Positions 17,440-28,423 are shown, numbered from the stretch's first letter. The stretch is DNA of 64,000 nt from Christensenella sp. (GCA_022784465.1 JALFUR010000004.1:354372-418371), one strand, 5' to 3'. Translations and numbers: made by a program. Notes: generated by a model not told the origin, from the letters alone.

Positions 17440-18582
17440 CTATTTTTTTGTCAATATCTGGGAAAAATAATCAAATAATCCTTTCTTTTGAATTTCTTTG
17501 CATGTTAAAACATTCACTTTTTCAACATTATCTCCTGTTTTAACTTCAATATATCCAATATTCTGATTCATCAAAAATGGTGCTTCTATATCTTTTGAAT
17601 AGTTATATTGAACATCAGATATTAATTCATTTTCTTTATATAATAAAGAAACATCTTTATCTACATATACGTTTACTTGATTTTCTTTTCCTTTAATTAC
17701 ATTTACTTGATCAATTACTTCATTTTTTCTATAAAGCAATTTTGTAGAATAAGTTGAAAATGCGCGATTAAATAAACTTATAGCTGCATTGAATCTATCA
17801 TCAGAAGACTCTCCTCCAATTACTGTACTAATAACTTTAAAATCATCTTTTTTAGCACCTGCTGAAATACAGAATCCTGCTTCATTTGTATATCCAGTTT
17901 TAGCGCATATACATTTGTTATATCGTTTTAATAATTTATTTGTATTGGTAATTCTTGTAATTCTTCCTGATGGATGAACAAAATCCTCATACCAAATTTT
18001 TGCATAATCGTAGTATTTATCATGTTCCATTAGTTTTTTTGTCGCAATATTTACATCAAAAGCAGTAGAATATTGTTCTTTATTAGAAGGTAAACCTGTA
18101 GAATTTGCAAATAAAGTATTATTCATTCCATATTCTTTAGCTTTATTATTCATTAAATTAATAAAAGAATTTATATCTCCAGAAATTCTTTCTCCTATCG
18201 CATATGCAGCATCATTTGCAGAACATACCACAATACCTTTAATCAAATCTGAAACTTTGTAAGAAGTATTTTTATCTAAAAACATTTGGCTACCACCCAT
18301 TGAAGCAGCATTATCTGAAATATAAACTTCCTCATCTAAAGAAATTGTATTTTTTTCTAATTCTTCAAAAAATATATTTAATGTCATGATTTTAACCATG
18401 CTACCAATTTCATGTTTTTTATGTTCGTTTTTTGCATACAAAATTAATCCAGAAGAATAATCTGAAACACAATATGAAAAACATTTCTCTTCAATAGCTT
18501 CTTCAGCAAAAATTGCATTTACTGGAAATAATAAATATGAAATTAAAAATACCAACAAAAATATAAATATAGATTTTTTCAT
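17440..18582 (-). CDS. D-alanyl-D-alanine carboxypeptidase (second S11 paralogue)
   Basis: Signal/TM segment, then GSMVKIMT (SxxK), SAND(SxN) and KTGYT motifs. Confidence 0.8.
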   Translation of the reverse strand: MKKSIFIFLLVFLISYLLFPVNAIFAEEAIEEKCFSYCVSDYSSGLILYAKNEHKKHEIGSMVKIMTLNIFFEELEKNTISLDEEVYISDNAASMGGSQMFLDKNTSYKVSDLIKGIVVCSANDAAYAIGERISGDINSFINLMNNKAKEYGMNNTLFANSTGLPSNKEQYSTAFDVNIATKKLMEHDKYYDYAKIWYEDFVHPSGRITRITNTNKLLKRYNKCICAKTGYTNEAGFCISAGAKKDDFKVISTVIGGESSDDRFNAAISLFNRAFSTYSTKLLYRKNEVIDQVNVIKGKENQVNVYVDKDVSLLYKENELISDVQYNYSKDIEAPFLMNQNIGYIEVKTGDNVEKVNVLTCKEIQKKGLFDYFSQILTKK

Positions 18583-19144
18583 AACACCTCTTAATAAATT
18601 TTTAGATTAAACATATTATGTAAAAAGTTGAAGAATATATCCAAAATAAGTATTTTATTATAAAAAAAGCAATATTTTAAAATAATTTAGAAAGTATTTT
18701 TCTATAAATGGCATTTTTATAATAATTGATTAAATAATATAAAATAAACTTTATTAATTTAAATTTTTGCTGATTTAAGAAAACAATATATCCAAATCAA
18801 TATAGATGGATGTATGAAAAACTTACAAAATCCTGCAATATAGATAAAATAATTACAAAATTAACCAATCCAGCATTTATATTTATAAAAAAATTACTAA
18901 ATTGTACTAATTTTTATTTTCTGTTTTTTGATTAAAATTCGTGCTAATTAAATTGATATTAAAATCATCAATTTTGATTAATTTGTTTTAAATTTTAACT
19001 TAATTCATAATTATTTAGTCGTAATATGGCTATTTTGTCCAAAATCGTTATTTTTATATGAAAAATCGATATTTTTAAATTTCCAAAATTTTTGATTTAA
19101 AATTTGTCATATTTTATCCATATATAAAATATTAATAAATATAT

Positions 19145-19747
19145 ATGATTCATAATATACATATAAGATTATTTTATTATTTTAAGCAATGTTGCATTTG
19201 CATAAAGAATAACAAACGTCTTTTATTTTGGTATTTATTTTTGTTCGCTTTTGGTGTCATCATAAGCGCTTTAATTTACAAAGATTTTTCCTGCGAAGAT
19301 TCTTCTGGATTATTTTTATCTTGCATTATCCAAGGCGAATATAGTTATATAAAATGCTTCTTTAGATTTTTACTTATATGCCTTTTAGGTTCTATAATCA
19401 GTATATTATCCTGCGTTTTAAAATGCTTTAGATTCTTTAGATGTTTATACCCTATTTTTCTTGGACTTATTTGCTATAAGATTATTTTGCTAGAAATACT
19501 ATGCTCTACTTTACTTGGAATCTTATCTGTTTGCATTTTTATTCTTCCAGCATTTTCTATATTACTATTTTCTTTTTTAATGAATTCTATATACGTAAAT
19601 CCGTATCTAAATTGTTACAAATCAGCCATTGTTGGATGTAATTTTAAAAATATTTTGCTTTTTCATGCAAAATTTTTGCTTCTAATTTGCCCTAGTTTGT
19701 TATTTTTAATTGTTTTATTACCATTTATACTTTCACTGTTTTTCTAA
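19145..19747 (+). CDS. Cys-rich polytopic membrane protein of unknown function (weak SpoIIM-like look)
   Basis: 200 aa with about 5-6 TM helices and 16 Cys. No Shine-Dalgarno before the ATG, so the start is uncertain. It is one of only two plus-strand genes. Confidence 0.4.
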   Translation: MIHNIHIRLFYYFKQCCICIKNNKRLLFWYLFLFAFGVIISALIYKDFSCEDSSGLFLSCIIQGEYSYIKCFFRFLLICLLGSIISILSCVLKCFRFFRCLYPIFLGLICYKIILLEILCSTLLGILSVCIFILPAFSILLFSFLMNSIYVNPYLNCYKSAIVGCNFKNILLFHAKFLLLICPSLLFLIVLLPFILSLFF

Positions 19748-19754
19748 AAAAAAT

Positions 19755-19781
19755 AGCCGGTATGCTTTTGCCATACCGACT
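19755..19781 (-). terminator. Terminator after rny (hairpin shared with the convergent plus-strand gene)
   Basis: CGGTATG...CATACCG stem. On the minus strand it is followed by ATTTTTTTT. On the plus strand the downstream T tract is poor. Confidence 0.65.
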
Positions 19782-19794
19782 ATTAATTTAATAA

Positions 19795-21402
19795 CTACTT
19801 AGCGTATTCTGTTTGACGAACTTCTCTTATAACGCTTACTTTTATTTGTCCTGGATATTCAAGTTCATTTTCAATTTTCTTTGCAATATCCTTAGCAATA
19901 AATATTGTAGCTGAATCATCTACCTTTTCAGGTTTTACAATAACTCTAATTTCTCTTCCTGCTTGAATAGCATAAGATTGATCAACACCTTCAAATGAAT
20001 TAGCAACCTCTTCAAGTTTTTCAAGTCTTTTTACATAATTCTCCAAAGATTCTCTTCTTGCACCTGGTCTTGCGCTTGAAATAGCATCTGCAGCTTGAAC
20101 TAAAACTGCTTCAACAGTTTGAGCTTCAACATCTCCATGGTGCGCTTCAATTGCATGCACAACAGCTCTAGATTCTTTGAATTTTCTTGCTAAATCGACA
20201 CCGATTTGAATATGAGTTCCTTCAAGTTCATGATCAACGGCTTTTCCTATATCATGTAATAATCCTGCTCTTTTAGCAACTTTTACATCAGCACCTAATT
20301 CAGCGGCCATAACACCAGCTAAATAAGAAACTTCCAATGAATGTTCTAAAACATTTTGGCCATAACTTGTACGGAATTTTAATCTTCCAAGGATTTTTAC
20401 AAGTTCTGGATGTAATCCATATACATTAGCATCAAAAGCTGCATTTTCTCCAGCTTCTTTAACTTGATTTTCGATTTCTTTCTTTACTTTTTCAACAGTT
20501 TCTTCAATTTTACCAGGATGGATTCTTCCATCAGCAACCAATCTTTCAATTGTTATTCTGGCAATTTCTCTACGCATAGGATCAAAACTTGAAACCGTTA
20601 CTGCATCTGGAGTATCGTCAATAATTAAATCGCATCCAGTAGCATTTTCAATAGATCTTATGTTTCTTCCAACACGTCCAATCAAACGACCTTTCATATC
20701 TTCACTTGGAAGAGTAACAGTAGAAATTGTTGATTCCGAAGCATGTTCTGCTGCACATTTTTGAATAGCTAATCCAACAATTTTTCTTGCAGTCTTATTT
20801 GCTTCATCTTTAGTTTGTTGTTCAATTTCTTTAATTTGAGATACTGCTTCTTTTCGAGCATCATCTATCATTTCATCCATAAGAATTTGTTTTGCTTCTT
20901 CTTGGGATAATTTAGCAATTTGCTCTATTTCTTGAACCATCTTTTCATGAGCATTCTTAACCTCAATTTCAAGATCTTCAATCTTTTTCTCTCTAGCATC
21001 CAATTCAACTTTCTTTTCATCTAAGATTTCGCTTTTTCTATCTAGCGAACCTTCTCTTTTGTTCAATTGTTCATCTCTTTGATTTACACGTTGTTCGTTA
21101 CGTGCGACTTCAGAACGTTTTTCTTTGATCTCACGATCAACTTCTGCTCTTAGTCTTTGAGTTTCTTCTTTCGCTTCAATTTTTGCTTCCCTTAAGAACT
21201 CTTTTGATTCTGCTTGAGCTTCTTGTCTCAACTTTTCACACTCTTGTTTTACACTTCCAACATTTTTACGTGCCAAAAATCTATATCCAAATACTCCTGC
21301 TGCGCCGCCTATTAACAAAGCAAACACAACAAGAAGTACTAGTGTTACAGTTTCAATATTTGTTCCAAGGAGAAAAACCAAGCTATTTAAATCGCTTGCC
21401 AT
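19795..21402 (-). CDS. rny: Ribonuclease Y
   Basis: N-terminal TM, a long E/K coiled coil, a KH domain ([12 protein letters not shown]) and an HD domain (LLHDIGK). Confidence 0.95.
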   Translation of the reverse strand: MASDLNSLVFLLGTNIETVTLVLLVVFALLIGGAAGVFGYRFLARKNVGSVKQECEKLRQEAQAESKEFLREAKIEAKEETQRLRAEVDREIKEKRSEVARNEQRVNQRDEQLNKREGSLDRKSEILDEKKVELDAREKKIEDLEIEVKNAHEKMVQEIEQIAKLSQEEAKQILMDEMIDDARKEAVSQIKEIEQQTKDEANKTARKIVGLAIQKCAAEHASESTISTVTLPSEDMKGRLIGRVGRNIRSIENATGCDLIIDDTPDAVTVSSFDPMRREIARITIERLVADGRIHPGKIEETVEKVKKEIENQVKEAGENAAFDANVYGLHPELVKILGRLKFRTSYGQNVLEHSLEVSYLAGVMAAELGADVKVAKRAGLLHDIGKAVDHELEGTHIQIGVDLARKFKESRAVVHAIEAHHGDVEAQTVEAVLVQAADAISSARPGARRESLENYVKRLEKLEEVANSFEGVDQSYAIQAGREIRVIVKPEKVDDSATIFIAKDIAKKIENELEYPGQIKVSVIREVRQTEYAK

Positions 21403-21494
21403 TTTATACCTCCTATATAGTTGTTAAGCTTCAATTTTATTTATATTTTTATCTAAAATAGATATCCATAAATAGTTTATATTAATTAAGTTTT

Positions 21495-22523
21495 TTAGTC
21501 AACATCCTTAGACTCTGACTCGTTTAATTTTGCCATAATTTTTGCAGTAATTTCCTTTGCTACCTCAGGATTATCTTGCAAATATTGAACAGCTTTATCT
21601 CTTCCTTGTGCAATCTTTTCATCATTATAACTTATCCAAGAGCCACTCTTTAACATAATTCCTTGAGAAATTGCTAAATCTACAATAGACCCTTCTTGAG
21701 AAATACCCTTGCCATAATAGATATCAAACTCTGCAACTTTAAATGGAGGAGCAACTTTATTTTTGATAATCTTTGCTTTTGTTCTATTACCAATTACCTC
21801 GGCTCCATCCTTAATAGCATCTCCTTTTCTAACATCTATTCTTATACTTGAATAGAATTTTAAAGCTTTTCCACCTGGAGTTGTTTCAGGATTACCAAAC
21901 ATAACACCAACTTTTTCTCTTAATTGGTTAATAAAGATAACACATGTATTTGCCTTAGAGATAATACTTGTAATTCTTCTTAAGCCTTGGCTCATCATTC
22001 TTGCTTGTAAACCTATAACGCTTTGTCCTACTTCTCCTTCAATTTCTGCTCTTGGAGTTAAGGCAGCAACGCTATCTACAACAATTAAATCAATAGAATT
22101 TGATCTAACTAAAGTATCTAAGTTGTCTAAAGCTTGTTCTCCTGAATCTGGTTGAATTACATATAGATTATCTATATCTACACCTAAATTCTTTGCATAT
22201 ACAGCATCAAGTGCGTGTTCAGCATCAATAAAAACAACCGTTCCACCTTGAGCTTGACATGAAGCAATCGCATGTAAAGCTAAAGTTGTTTTACCTGATG
22301 ATTCAGGTCCATATATTTCTATAATTCTTCCTTTTGGAAAGCCTCCAACGCCTAAAGCTATATCTAAAGATAGACATTGAGTAGGAATTACATCCATTTT
22401 TGCAATAGACTTATCTCCCAATCTTACAATTGAGCCCTTGCCGTATTCTTTTTCAATTTTTCCAATTGCTTCTTCAATTAAAGCAGTTTTTTCAGTATTT
22501 AAATTTTCTATTTTCTTTGCCAT
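21495..22523 (-). CDS. recA: Recombinase A
   Basis: GPESSGKTT Walker [10 protein letters not shown], and the highly conserved L1/L2 regions. Confidence 0.97.
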   Translation of the reverse strand: MAKKIENLNTEKTALIEEAIGKIEKEYGKGSIVRLGDKSIAKMDVIPTQCLSLDIALGVGGFPKGRIIEIYGPESSGKTTLALHAIASCQAQGGTVVFIDAEHALDAVYAKNLGVDIDNLYVIQPDSGEQALDNLDTLVRSNSIDLIVVDSVAALTPRAEIEGEVGQSVIGLQARMMSQGLRRITSIISKANTCVIFINQLREKVGVMFGNPETTPGGKALKFYSSIRIDVRKGDAIKDGAEVIGNRTKAKIIKNKVAPPFKVAEFDIYYGKGISQEGSIVDLAISQGIMLKSGSWISYNDEKIAQGRDKAVQYLQDNPEVAKEITAKIMAKLNESESKDVD

Positions 22524-22534
22524 TTAGCACCTCT

Positions 22535-23242
22535 TTATATATTTTCAATCATATTTATCATTGCGTATAAAGCAATGTTTGTAACCGTTTTTCTAATTGT
22601 TTCTCTATCTCCATTTAAATCAAGTTCAATTGTTTTAACAACATTCTGTGAACCTATACCAACAAAAACCTTGCCAACAGGAGTATTAAACTCATCTGAA
22701 TCAGGTCCAGCACATCCAGTAGTTGATACAGCTATTTGTATTTCTTTATTAGCCAATAATCCTTTTACCATTTGTGAACAAACTTGCTCACTAACAGGAC
22801 CATAAGTTTCTATAGCGGATTCACTTACATGAAGTCTTCTTACTTTAGCCATACTAGAATATGTAACAAAACCTTCATAAAAAACAGCGCTACTGCCTGG
22901 AACGTTGACTAAAGTAGAACTAATCATTCCTCCTGTTAATGATTCTGCACAAGAGATTTTTAAAGCTTTTTCCTTGGCTTTTTTTATAACAACTTTTTCT
23001 AATGTTTCTGCACTATCTGAATAAATTTTGGATTTTAAAAGATCATTGATACGATTAAGCTCTTTATTAAATGTTATCTCATTAGAAGCTTCATTAATAA
23101 TAGAAATTGAATAATCCATATATTGATTATCTATTAAGATTTTTATTCCTTCGCTTGTGTTTTTATCAACACATTCTTTACATTCAGCTTCTGTCAAGTT
23201 GAAGGCTTTTAAAACGCAATAATCTTTATAGTTCTCAATCAT
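22535..23242 (-). CDS. cinA: CinA-family protein lacking the N-terminal MoCF domain (PncC-type NMN amidohydrolase domain)
   Basis: AESLTGGMISSTLVNVPGSS and STTGCAGP are CinA C-terminal motifs. At 235 aa it has only the linker plus the C-terminal domain. Confidence 0.75.
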   Translation of the reverse strand: MIENYKDYCVLKAFNLTEAECKECVDKNTSEGIKILIDNQYMDYSISIINEASNEITFNKELNRINDLLKSKIYSDSAETLEKVVIKKAKEKALKISCAESLTGGMISSTLVNVPGSSAVFYEGFVTYSSMAKVRRLHVSESAIETYGPVSEQVCSQMVKGLLANKEIQIAVSTTGCAGPDSDEFNTPVGKVFVGIGSQNVVKTIELDLNGDRETIRKTVTNIALYAMINMIENI

Positions 23243-23244
23243 TC

Positions 23245-24576
23245 TTAATCCTCCTGTATAATGGTCTTACCAAAACAATCCATATCTTTTACTTTATCAA
23301 TCTTAACTTTATACATTTCACCAATGTCTACCGCAAAATCTGAAGAAAAATATACTTTGCAATCTACATCAGGTGCATCGTATTGAGTCCTTCCATAGAA
23401 CAATTGTTTATCATAATCTATTCCTTCATATATAACATCAAAAACTTTTCCAACTCTATTTTTTAAGTATTTATCAGTCATTTTGTTTTGAAGTTTATAG
23501 AACTTTTTAACTCGATCTTCTTTAATAGACTCGTCTATTTGCCCAGGCAATCTTGCTGCAGCCGTTCCATCTTCACAAGAATACGCAAAGCATCCAGCAT
23601 AATTAATTTTACCTTCTTTAATAAAATCTAAAAGAATATTGAAATCTTCTTCTGTTTCTTGCGGGAACCCTGCTATAAAAGTTGTTCTTATCGTAAAACA
23701 ATTATATTTTTCAATGTTCTCAAACAATGAATCTATTTTTTCTTTATTAACACGTCTACCCATTAATTTCAAAATTCTATCGCTTACGTGTTGTAATGGC
23801 ATATCTAAATATTTACAAATTTTATCATTACTTGCCATGTATTGTAACAATTCATCATTTATGTTTTCAGGATATAAATACAACAATCTAATCCATTCAA
23901 CATTAATATCGCATAGTTCTTTTAAAAGTTCAATTAGATTTACTTTTCCGTATATATCCTGTCCGTATATTGAGACATCTTGAGCCACCAAAATCAACTC
24001 TTTTATCCCGTAATTATCCACTAAATATCGAGCTTCTGAAACAATTTCTTCAATTGGTCTTGATGTGTATTTTCCTCTAATAGAAGGTATAGCACAATAT
24101 GTGCATTTATTATTACATCCTTCAGCTATTTTTATGTACGCATAATGGTAAGGAGTCGACAAAACCCTCTTAGATGAAAAATATCTATCATTGATATCGT
24201 TTTTTAAATATGTTCTTTTATTTGTTTTAATTAATTGTCTAATAAGTTCAGGAAGTTTATGATAATTTGTTGTTCCAATAAATAGATCAACTTCTACTAA
24301 TTCATCATATAACTCTTCCATGTATCTTTGAGAGAGACATCCTGTAACAATAAAATATTTACATTTGCCTGTTTTTTTATATTCTAGATACTCAAATATT
24401 GTATCAATAGCTTCTTTTTTTGCACTTTCAATAAATGCGCACGTATTTACAACTAAAATTTCAGCTTCATTTGGATCCTGAACAAGATAATGTCCATCTT
24501 CTTGTAAATATGCAAGCATATTCTCTGTATCTATTCTGTTTTTATCACAGCCTAATGAAATTACACCTATTTTCAT
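23245..24576 (-). CDS. rimO: Ribosomal protein S12 methylthiotransferase RimO
   Basis: UPF0004 N-domain (ISLGCDKNRIDTE, NTCAFI), radical SAM CNNKCTYC and a C-terminal TRAM. The rimO-pgsA-cinA-recA synteny supports the call. Confidence 0.8.
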   Translation of the reverse strand: MKIGVISLGCDKNRIDTENMLAYLQEDGHYLVQDPNEAEILVVNTCAFIESAKKEAIDTIFEYLEYKKTGKCKYFIVTGCLSQRYMEELYDELVEVDLFIGTTNYHKLPELIRQLIKTNKRTYLKNDINDRYFSSKRVLSTPYHYAYIKIAEGCNNKCTYCAIPSIRGKYTSRPIEEIVSEARYLVDNYGIKELILVAQDVSIYGQDIYGKVNLIELLKELCDINVEWIRLLYLYPENINDELLQYMASNDKICKYLDMPLQHVSDRILKLMGRRVNKEKIDSLFENIEKYNCFTIRTTFIAGFPQETEEDFNILLDFIKEGKINYAGCFAYSCEDGTAAARLPGQIDESIKEDRVKKFYKLQNKMTDKYLKNRVGKVFDVIYEGIDYDKQLFYGRTQYDAPDVDCKVYFSSDFAVDIGEMYKVKIDKVKDMDCFGKTIIQED

Positions 24577-24582
24577 CTTTAA

Positions 24583-25437
24583 TTACTCTTTATTATTCTT
24601 TTTATCAAATTCTTCTTTTTTGCTTTTTAATATGTTAATATCTTCTAAAGTACAAGATAAAACCTTCTTGTTGTTTTCTATCTTAACCAAATCTCTAACT
24701 TCCATCCAGAAACAGATTTTAAACGCTCTAATATAACTTAAATTCAATTTCTTTTGGATATATGACAAAGAATATGTTTTATCGTTAAAACACAATTCTA
24801 AGGCTTCTATGCACTTTTCATCAGGAAATTCAATCTCTTCTTCTTTAATGATTTCTTCTTTAGTTTTCTCTTCAGATAATACTCGTTTGTTTTTTAAAAT
24901 GTAATTTATTCCAGAAACTACTGTAATTACTGTAGCAATACATAAAAATACTATAGCAATCCACCAGAATACTCTACCTGCAACACCTGCAAAAGGAATC
25001 CACATTAGCGCACATAATGAAATCATGGTCGACATTGTTTTTGCTTTTCCTAATTTATCTGCAGCTAATACTATATTTTTTGAAGCAGCTATTGTTCTAA
25101 ATAGAGAAATAATAAACTCTCTTGCCAAAATGATAATAGAACAAATTGAAATCAAAAAAGGAATATTTAATCTATAATCGTTACTTACCATACCAATTAC
25201 TAGTCCTGCAACGACCAAAATTTTATCAGCAATAGGATCTAAAAACTTTCCCAAGGTTGTTACCATTTTGTATCTTCTTGCGATAAAACCATCAACAAAA
25301 TCTGTTACAGAAGCTATTATGTATAAAGCTCCAGTCAAAATAAACATCCAGTCATAAATCGATTCTAAACAAAAACAAACTACGATAATTGGGATTAACG
25401 CAATTCTTGTTATTGTAATTTTAGTAGGTAAATTCAT
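24583..25437 (-). CDS. pgsA: CDP-diacylglycerol-glycerol-3-phosphate 3-phosphatidyltransferase fused to a C-terminal FtsK-gamma-like winged helix
   Basis: The CDP-alcohol phosphatidyltransferase motif DFVDGFIARR...GKFLDPIADK lies in the first ~185 aa. Residues ~190-284 align ungapped with the C-terminus of the adjacent FtsK (28/67 identities by eye). Confidence 0.85.
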   Translation of the reverse strand: MNLPTKITITRIALIPIIVVCFCLESIYDWMFILTGALYIIASVTDFVDGFIARRYKMVTTLGKFLDPIADKILVVAGLVIGMVSNDYRLNIPFLISICSIIILAREFIISLFRTIAASKNIVLAADKLGKAKTMSTMISLCALMWIPFAGVAGRVFWWIAIVFLCIATVITVVSGINYILKNKRVLSEEKTKEEIIKEEEIEFPDEKCIEALELCFNDKTYSLSYIQKKLNLSYIRAFKICFWMEVRDLVKIENNKKVLSCTLEDINILKSKKEEFDKKNNKE

Positions 25438-25468
25438 ATATATAAAAGTCTAAAGACTTTCCTCCATT

Positions 25469-28423
25469 CTAATTATTATCGGAATCATTTGTTCCATTTT
25501 CTAATGCCCTTAATTGATCTACATCTTCTTGAGTAGCGCGTAAAACCTTCTTGACACCATCTAAAGCTACATAGCCGTTTTCCATCATCCAGTCAATTAT
25601 CTTTGCGGATCTAGAATATCCTAAAGAAAACTTTCTTTGTAAAAATGATGTAGATACTTGATTGTATTTAACACATACTTCTAATGCATCAACACATATT
25701 GCATCTGGAAACATTGATAATTGTTGAGGTTTAACAAAATCATCTTCATCAACTTCAGGCTCTGGTTCTTTCATAATGATATTTGATACTTCTTCATCAT
25801 ATTGCGAATCATTGTTATTCTTAACATAATCAACTACCGCATCAACTTCAGGCGTATCAATAAATGCTCCTTGAACACGCTTTAGAACATTTACATTAGG
25901 ATCTAAGAACAACATATCTCCATTACCAAGCAACTTCTCAGCTCCTGCACAATTAAGTATTGTAATACTATCTATAGCACTAGCTACTCTTAGCGCAATT
26001 CTACAAGGCAAATTAGATTTAATTGTTCCATTTACAACGTCAACCGAAGGTCTTTGTGTTGCTAAAACAAGATGAATTCCTGCAGCTCTAGCCTTTTGCG
26101 TTAATCTTTTAATCAACATGTCGAATTGCTTACCAAATGAGCTCAACATAATTTCGTTAAACTCATCAACAATAATAACGATATAAGGCAATTTCATTGA
26201 AGGATCTTTCTTAACATCTTCACGAGCGTTATATTCATCAATTTTTCTTGTTCTTGTAGACTCAAACAATCTATATCTTCTATCCATTTCATCACATGCC
26301 CATTGCAAAGCATTTACCGCTTTATCTGGTTCAGTAATGATGTTTGGAATCATCAAATGTGGCAATCCTTTATATACTGAAAACTCAACAATCTTTGGAT
26401 CGACAAATATAAATCTTAAATCTTGAGGTGTATATCTAAATAACAAACTACAAATCATAACATTTATAGCTATTGATTTACCAGATCCTGTACCACCACA
26501 AATAAGCGTATGTGGAGCTTTTGTTAAATCATAGAAATATGGCCTATTTTCAACATCTTTACCAAAGCAGAATATCAATCCTGTTTGTTTTTTCAAAGCT
26601 TCTTGATATGCATCAGTAAGCATTACCTCTTTAAGACCAACTGTACTTCTAACCTTATTTGGTATTTCAACACCACATTTTGTTGTACCAGGAATAGGCG
26701 CTAATATTCTTAAAGATTCAACTGCTAAAGCAAGTTTTAAATCATCTTCTCTTGCAGTAATTTTGTTTACTTGAATACCTGTTGCAAGTGAAAAATCTAT
26801 ACGAGTAAATGTAGGTCCTTTAATTATTTCTTCAATCTTGATATCAATTTTAAATGAAGCAAGTGCCCTAACAAGCATATCTGCCTTTTCAGAATAATCT
26901 GTAGAGTCGTCATTAGTTTTGTACTCTCTAAGTAAATCATATCCTGGATTAACATATTTCTTTATAATAGGCTTTGGTTTTTCAACCTTTGTTTCTTTTA
27001 TTTCAATTTGAGGCTCTATTGGTTTTGGAGCAATAGGTTTTGGAGGAACAATATTAATCTTTGGCTCTTCCTTCTTTGGCTCTATAAACATATCAAGAGG
27101 CTTGTCCTCTTTCTTTGGCTCTTCAATTTCAATATTAGGAGTCTCTTCTTGTTCTGAAGCATCAATTTCTTCTTCTTTATCTTCGTATTTATTTTCATCT
27201 TTATCTTTATTAAACAAGATATCGTTTGATTGTTTTAAATATGAATTTGCATTATTCATTATTTGAGTAAATGGATCTTCTTCAGGTTTTTGTGGTTCAA
27301 TAGAAGGAGTTGAAGATAAATTAAAATCATCTGTCGAATTAGAATTATTGTCCAATATTCCTGAATAATACGAAGGCATAGGTGGAATTTCATTATTTGG
27401 CTGATTAAGCGCATCTGGCCCATAATTTGAAGCCTTGTCACCTAAAGCTTGCTGTCTTCTATAAGAATTGAAATACAATTTATCCATATCGTCTGGAATA
27501 TAATTTGAAGAAGAAGCTTGTTGTTCTTCATTATTATCACTTGATTGATTATTATTTAAATCCATTTGAGATTGAATTGGAATCTCGGTAGATGCCTCCG
27601 AGAACATTTTTAATCTTTCTCTTGCTAATTGCACTTCTGTATCTATATCCGTTGGATTTATTGAAACACCACTAATAAGAGAATCTTGCTCATCCTCTGT
27701 CATCGTGTTTTGTCCAATCGATTCAATTGGCTCTATTGTAGAATCATCATAATTTCTCTTTCTATTTAATTTTACTTTATCATTACTAAATAGTTTTCCA
27801 TTAACGTCCCCGTTATACATTTCAAGAGTTTGAGTTGTTTGCATATTTGCATCATAAGATGATTCAGTTTTTTCATTAAAACCAAAAATCTTACGTTCTT
27901 TCTTCTTTGAATTATTAAAGAATTTCAAACCAATTTCAAAATCCAATTGATTTACAATTACAAGAGCAAATAAACCCAATAAAACTAAGATAAATAATAC
28001 CAAACTAAATGTGTAAGCTTTACTAAAAGGATACATAATAGCGCCAACAACAACGCCTGCTAATGTATCGTGAGATAGATAAATACTAGACAAATATTCT
28101 GAATAAGACAATTCAGATCCTGCTTTATATGTAACTAAATGTCCAATACAAACAAGTACAAATAAAATTAAAAGATAGTTAAATGTAATTTTTCCTGGAA
28201 CTTTAGGCTTAAATCCAAACAAAATAAAAAATCCAACTAGCGTCATTGCAATACAATAGCCTTTTATAACTTGTCCAAAAACTCCAATCAAAAAGTTTTT
28301 AACAAAATTACCTGCATAACCAAAGACACCAAATAATATTAAATCTAATACCCCAAATATGCCTATGATTATAAGACCTTTAAAAATTGTATCTAGTCTG
28401 CTTTCTTCTCTTTCTCGTCCCAA
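25469..28423 (-). CDS. ftsK: DNA translocase FtsK/SpoIIIE
   Basis: 4-5 N-terminal TM helices, a ~300-aa low-complexity linker, a motor domain (GGTGSGKS Walker A, VIIVDEF Walker B) and a gamma wHTH (STSFLQRKFSLGYSRSAKIIDWM). A TTG start follows AGGAG. Confidence 0.95.
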   Translation of the reverse strand: MGREREESRLDTIFKGLIIIGIFGVLDLILFGVFGYAGNFVKNFLIGVFGQVIKGYCIAMTLVGFFILFGFKPKVPGKITFNYLLILFVLVCIGHLVTYKAGSELSYSEYLSSIYLSHDTLAGVVVGAIMYPFSKAYTFSLVLFILVLLGLFALVIVNQLDFEIGLKFFNNSKKKERKIFGFNEKTESSYDANMQTTQTLEMYNGDVNGKLFSNDKVKLNRKRNYDDSTIEPIESIGQNTMTEDEQDSLISGVSINPTDIDTEVQLARERLKMFSEASTEIPIQSQMDLNNNQSSDNNEEQQASSSNYIPDDMDKLYFNSYRRQQALGDKASNYGPDALNQPNNEIPPMPSYYSGILDNNSNSTDDFNLSSTPSIEPQKPEEDPFTQIMNNANSYLKQSNDILFNKDKDENKYEDKEEEIDASEQEETPNIEIEEPKKEDKPLDMFIEPKKEEPKINIVPPKPIAPKPIEPQIEIKETKVEKPKPIIKKYVNPGYDLLREYKTNDDSTDYSEKADMLVRALASFKIDIKIEEIIKGPTFTRIDFSLATGIQVNKITAREDDLKLALAVESLRILAPIPGTTKCGVEIPNKVRSTVGLKEVMLTDAYQEALKKQTGLIFCFGKDVENRPYFYDLTKAPHTLICGGTGSGKSIAINVMICSLLFRYTPQDLRFIFVDPKIVEFSVYKGLPHLMIPNIITEPDKAVNALQWACDEMDRRYRLFESTRTRKIDEYNAREDVKKDPSMKLPYIVIIVDEFNEIMLSSFGKQFDMLIKRLTQKARAAGIHLVLATQRPSVDVVNGTIKSNLPCRIALRVASAIDSITILNCAGAEKLLGNGDMLFLDPNVNVLKRVQGAFIDTPEVDAVVDYVKNNNDSQYDEEVSNIIMKEPEPEVDEDDFVKPQQLSMFPDAICVDALEVCVKYNQVSTSFLQRKFSLGYSRSAKIIDWMMENGYVALDGVKKVLRATQEDVDQLRALENGTNDSDNN

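Noticed and set aside
18583-19144. Possible replication origin, given AT-rich DNA and TTATCCATA/ATATCCAAA near-DnaA boxes.
   Set aside because: There are only one or two imperfect boxes and no dnaA/dnaN context. Such near-matches are expected by chance at this AT content.
26950-27900. Long N/S/D/E/P/K-rich low-complexity stretch in the middle of ftsK, and the small nested ORF at 27259..27441.
   Set aside because: This is the normal variable linker between the FtsK membrane and motor domains. The nested ORF has no signals.
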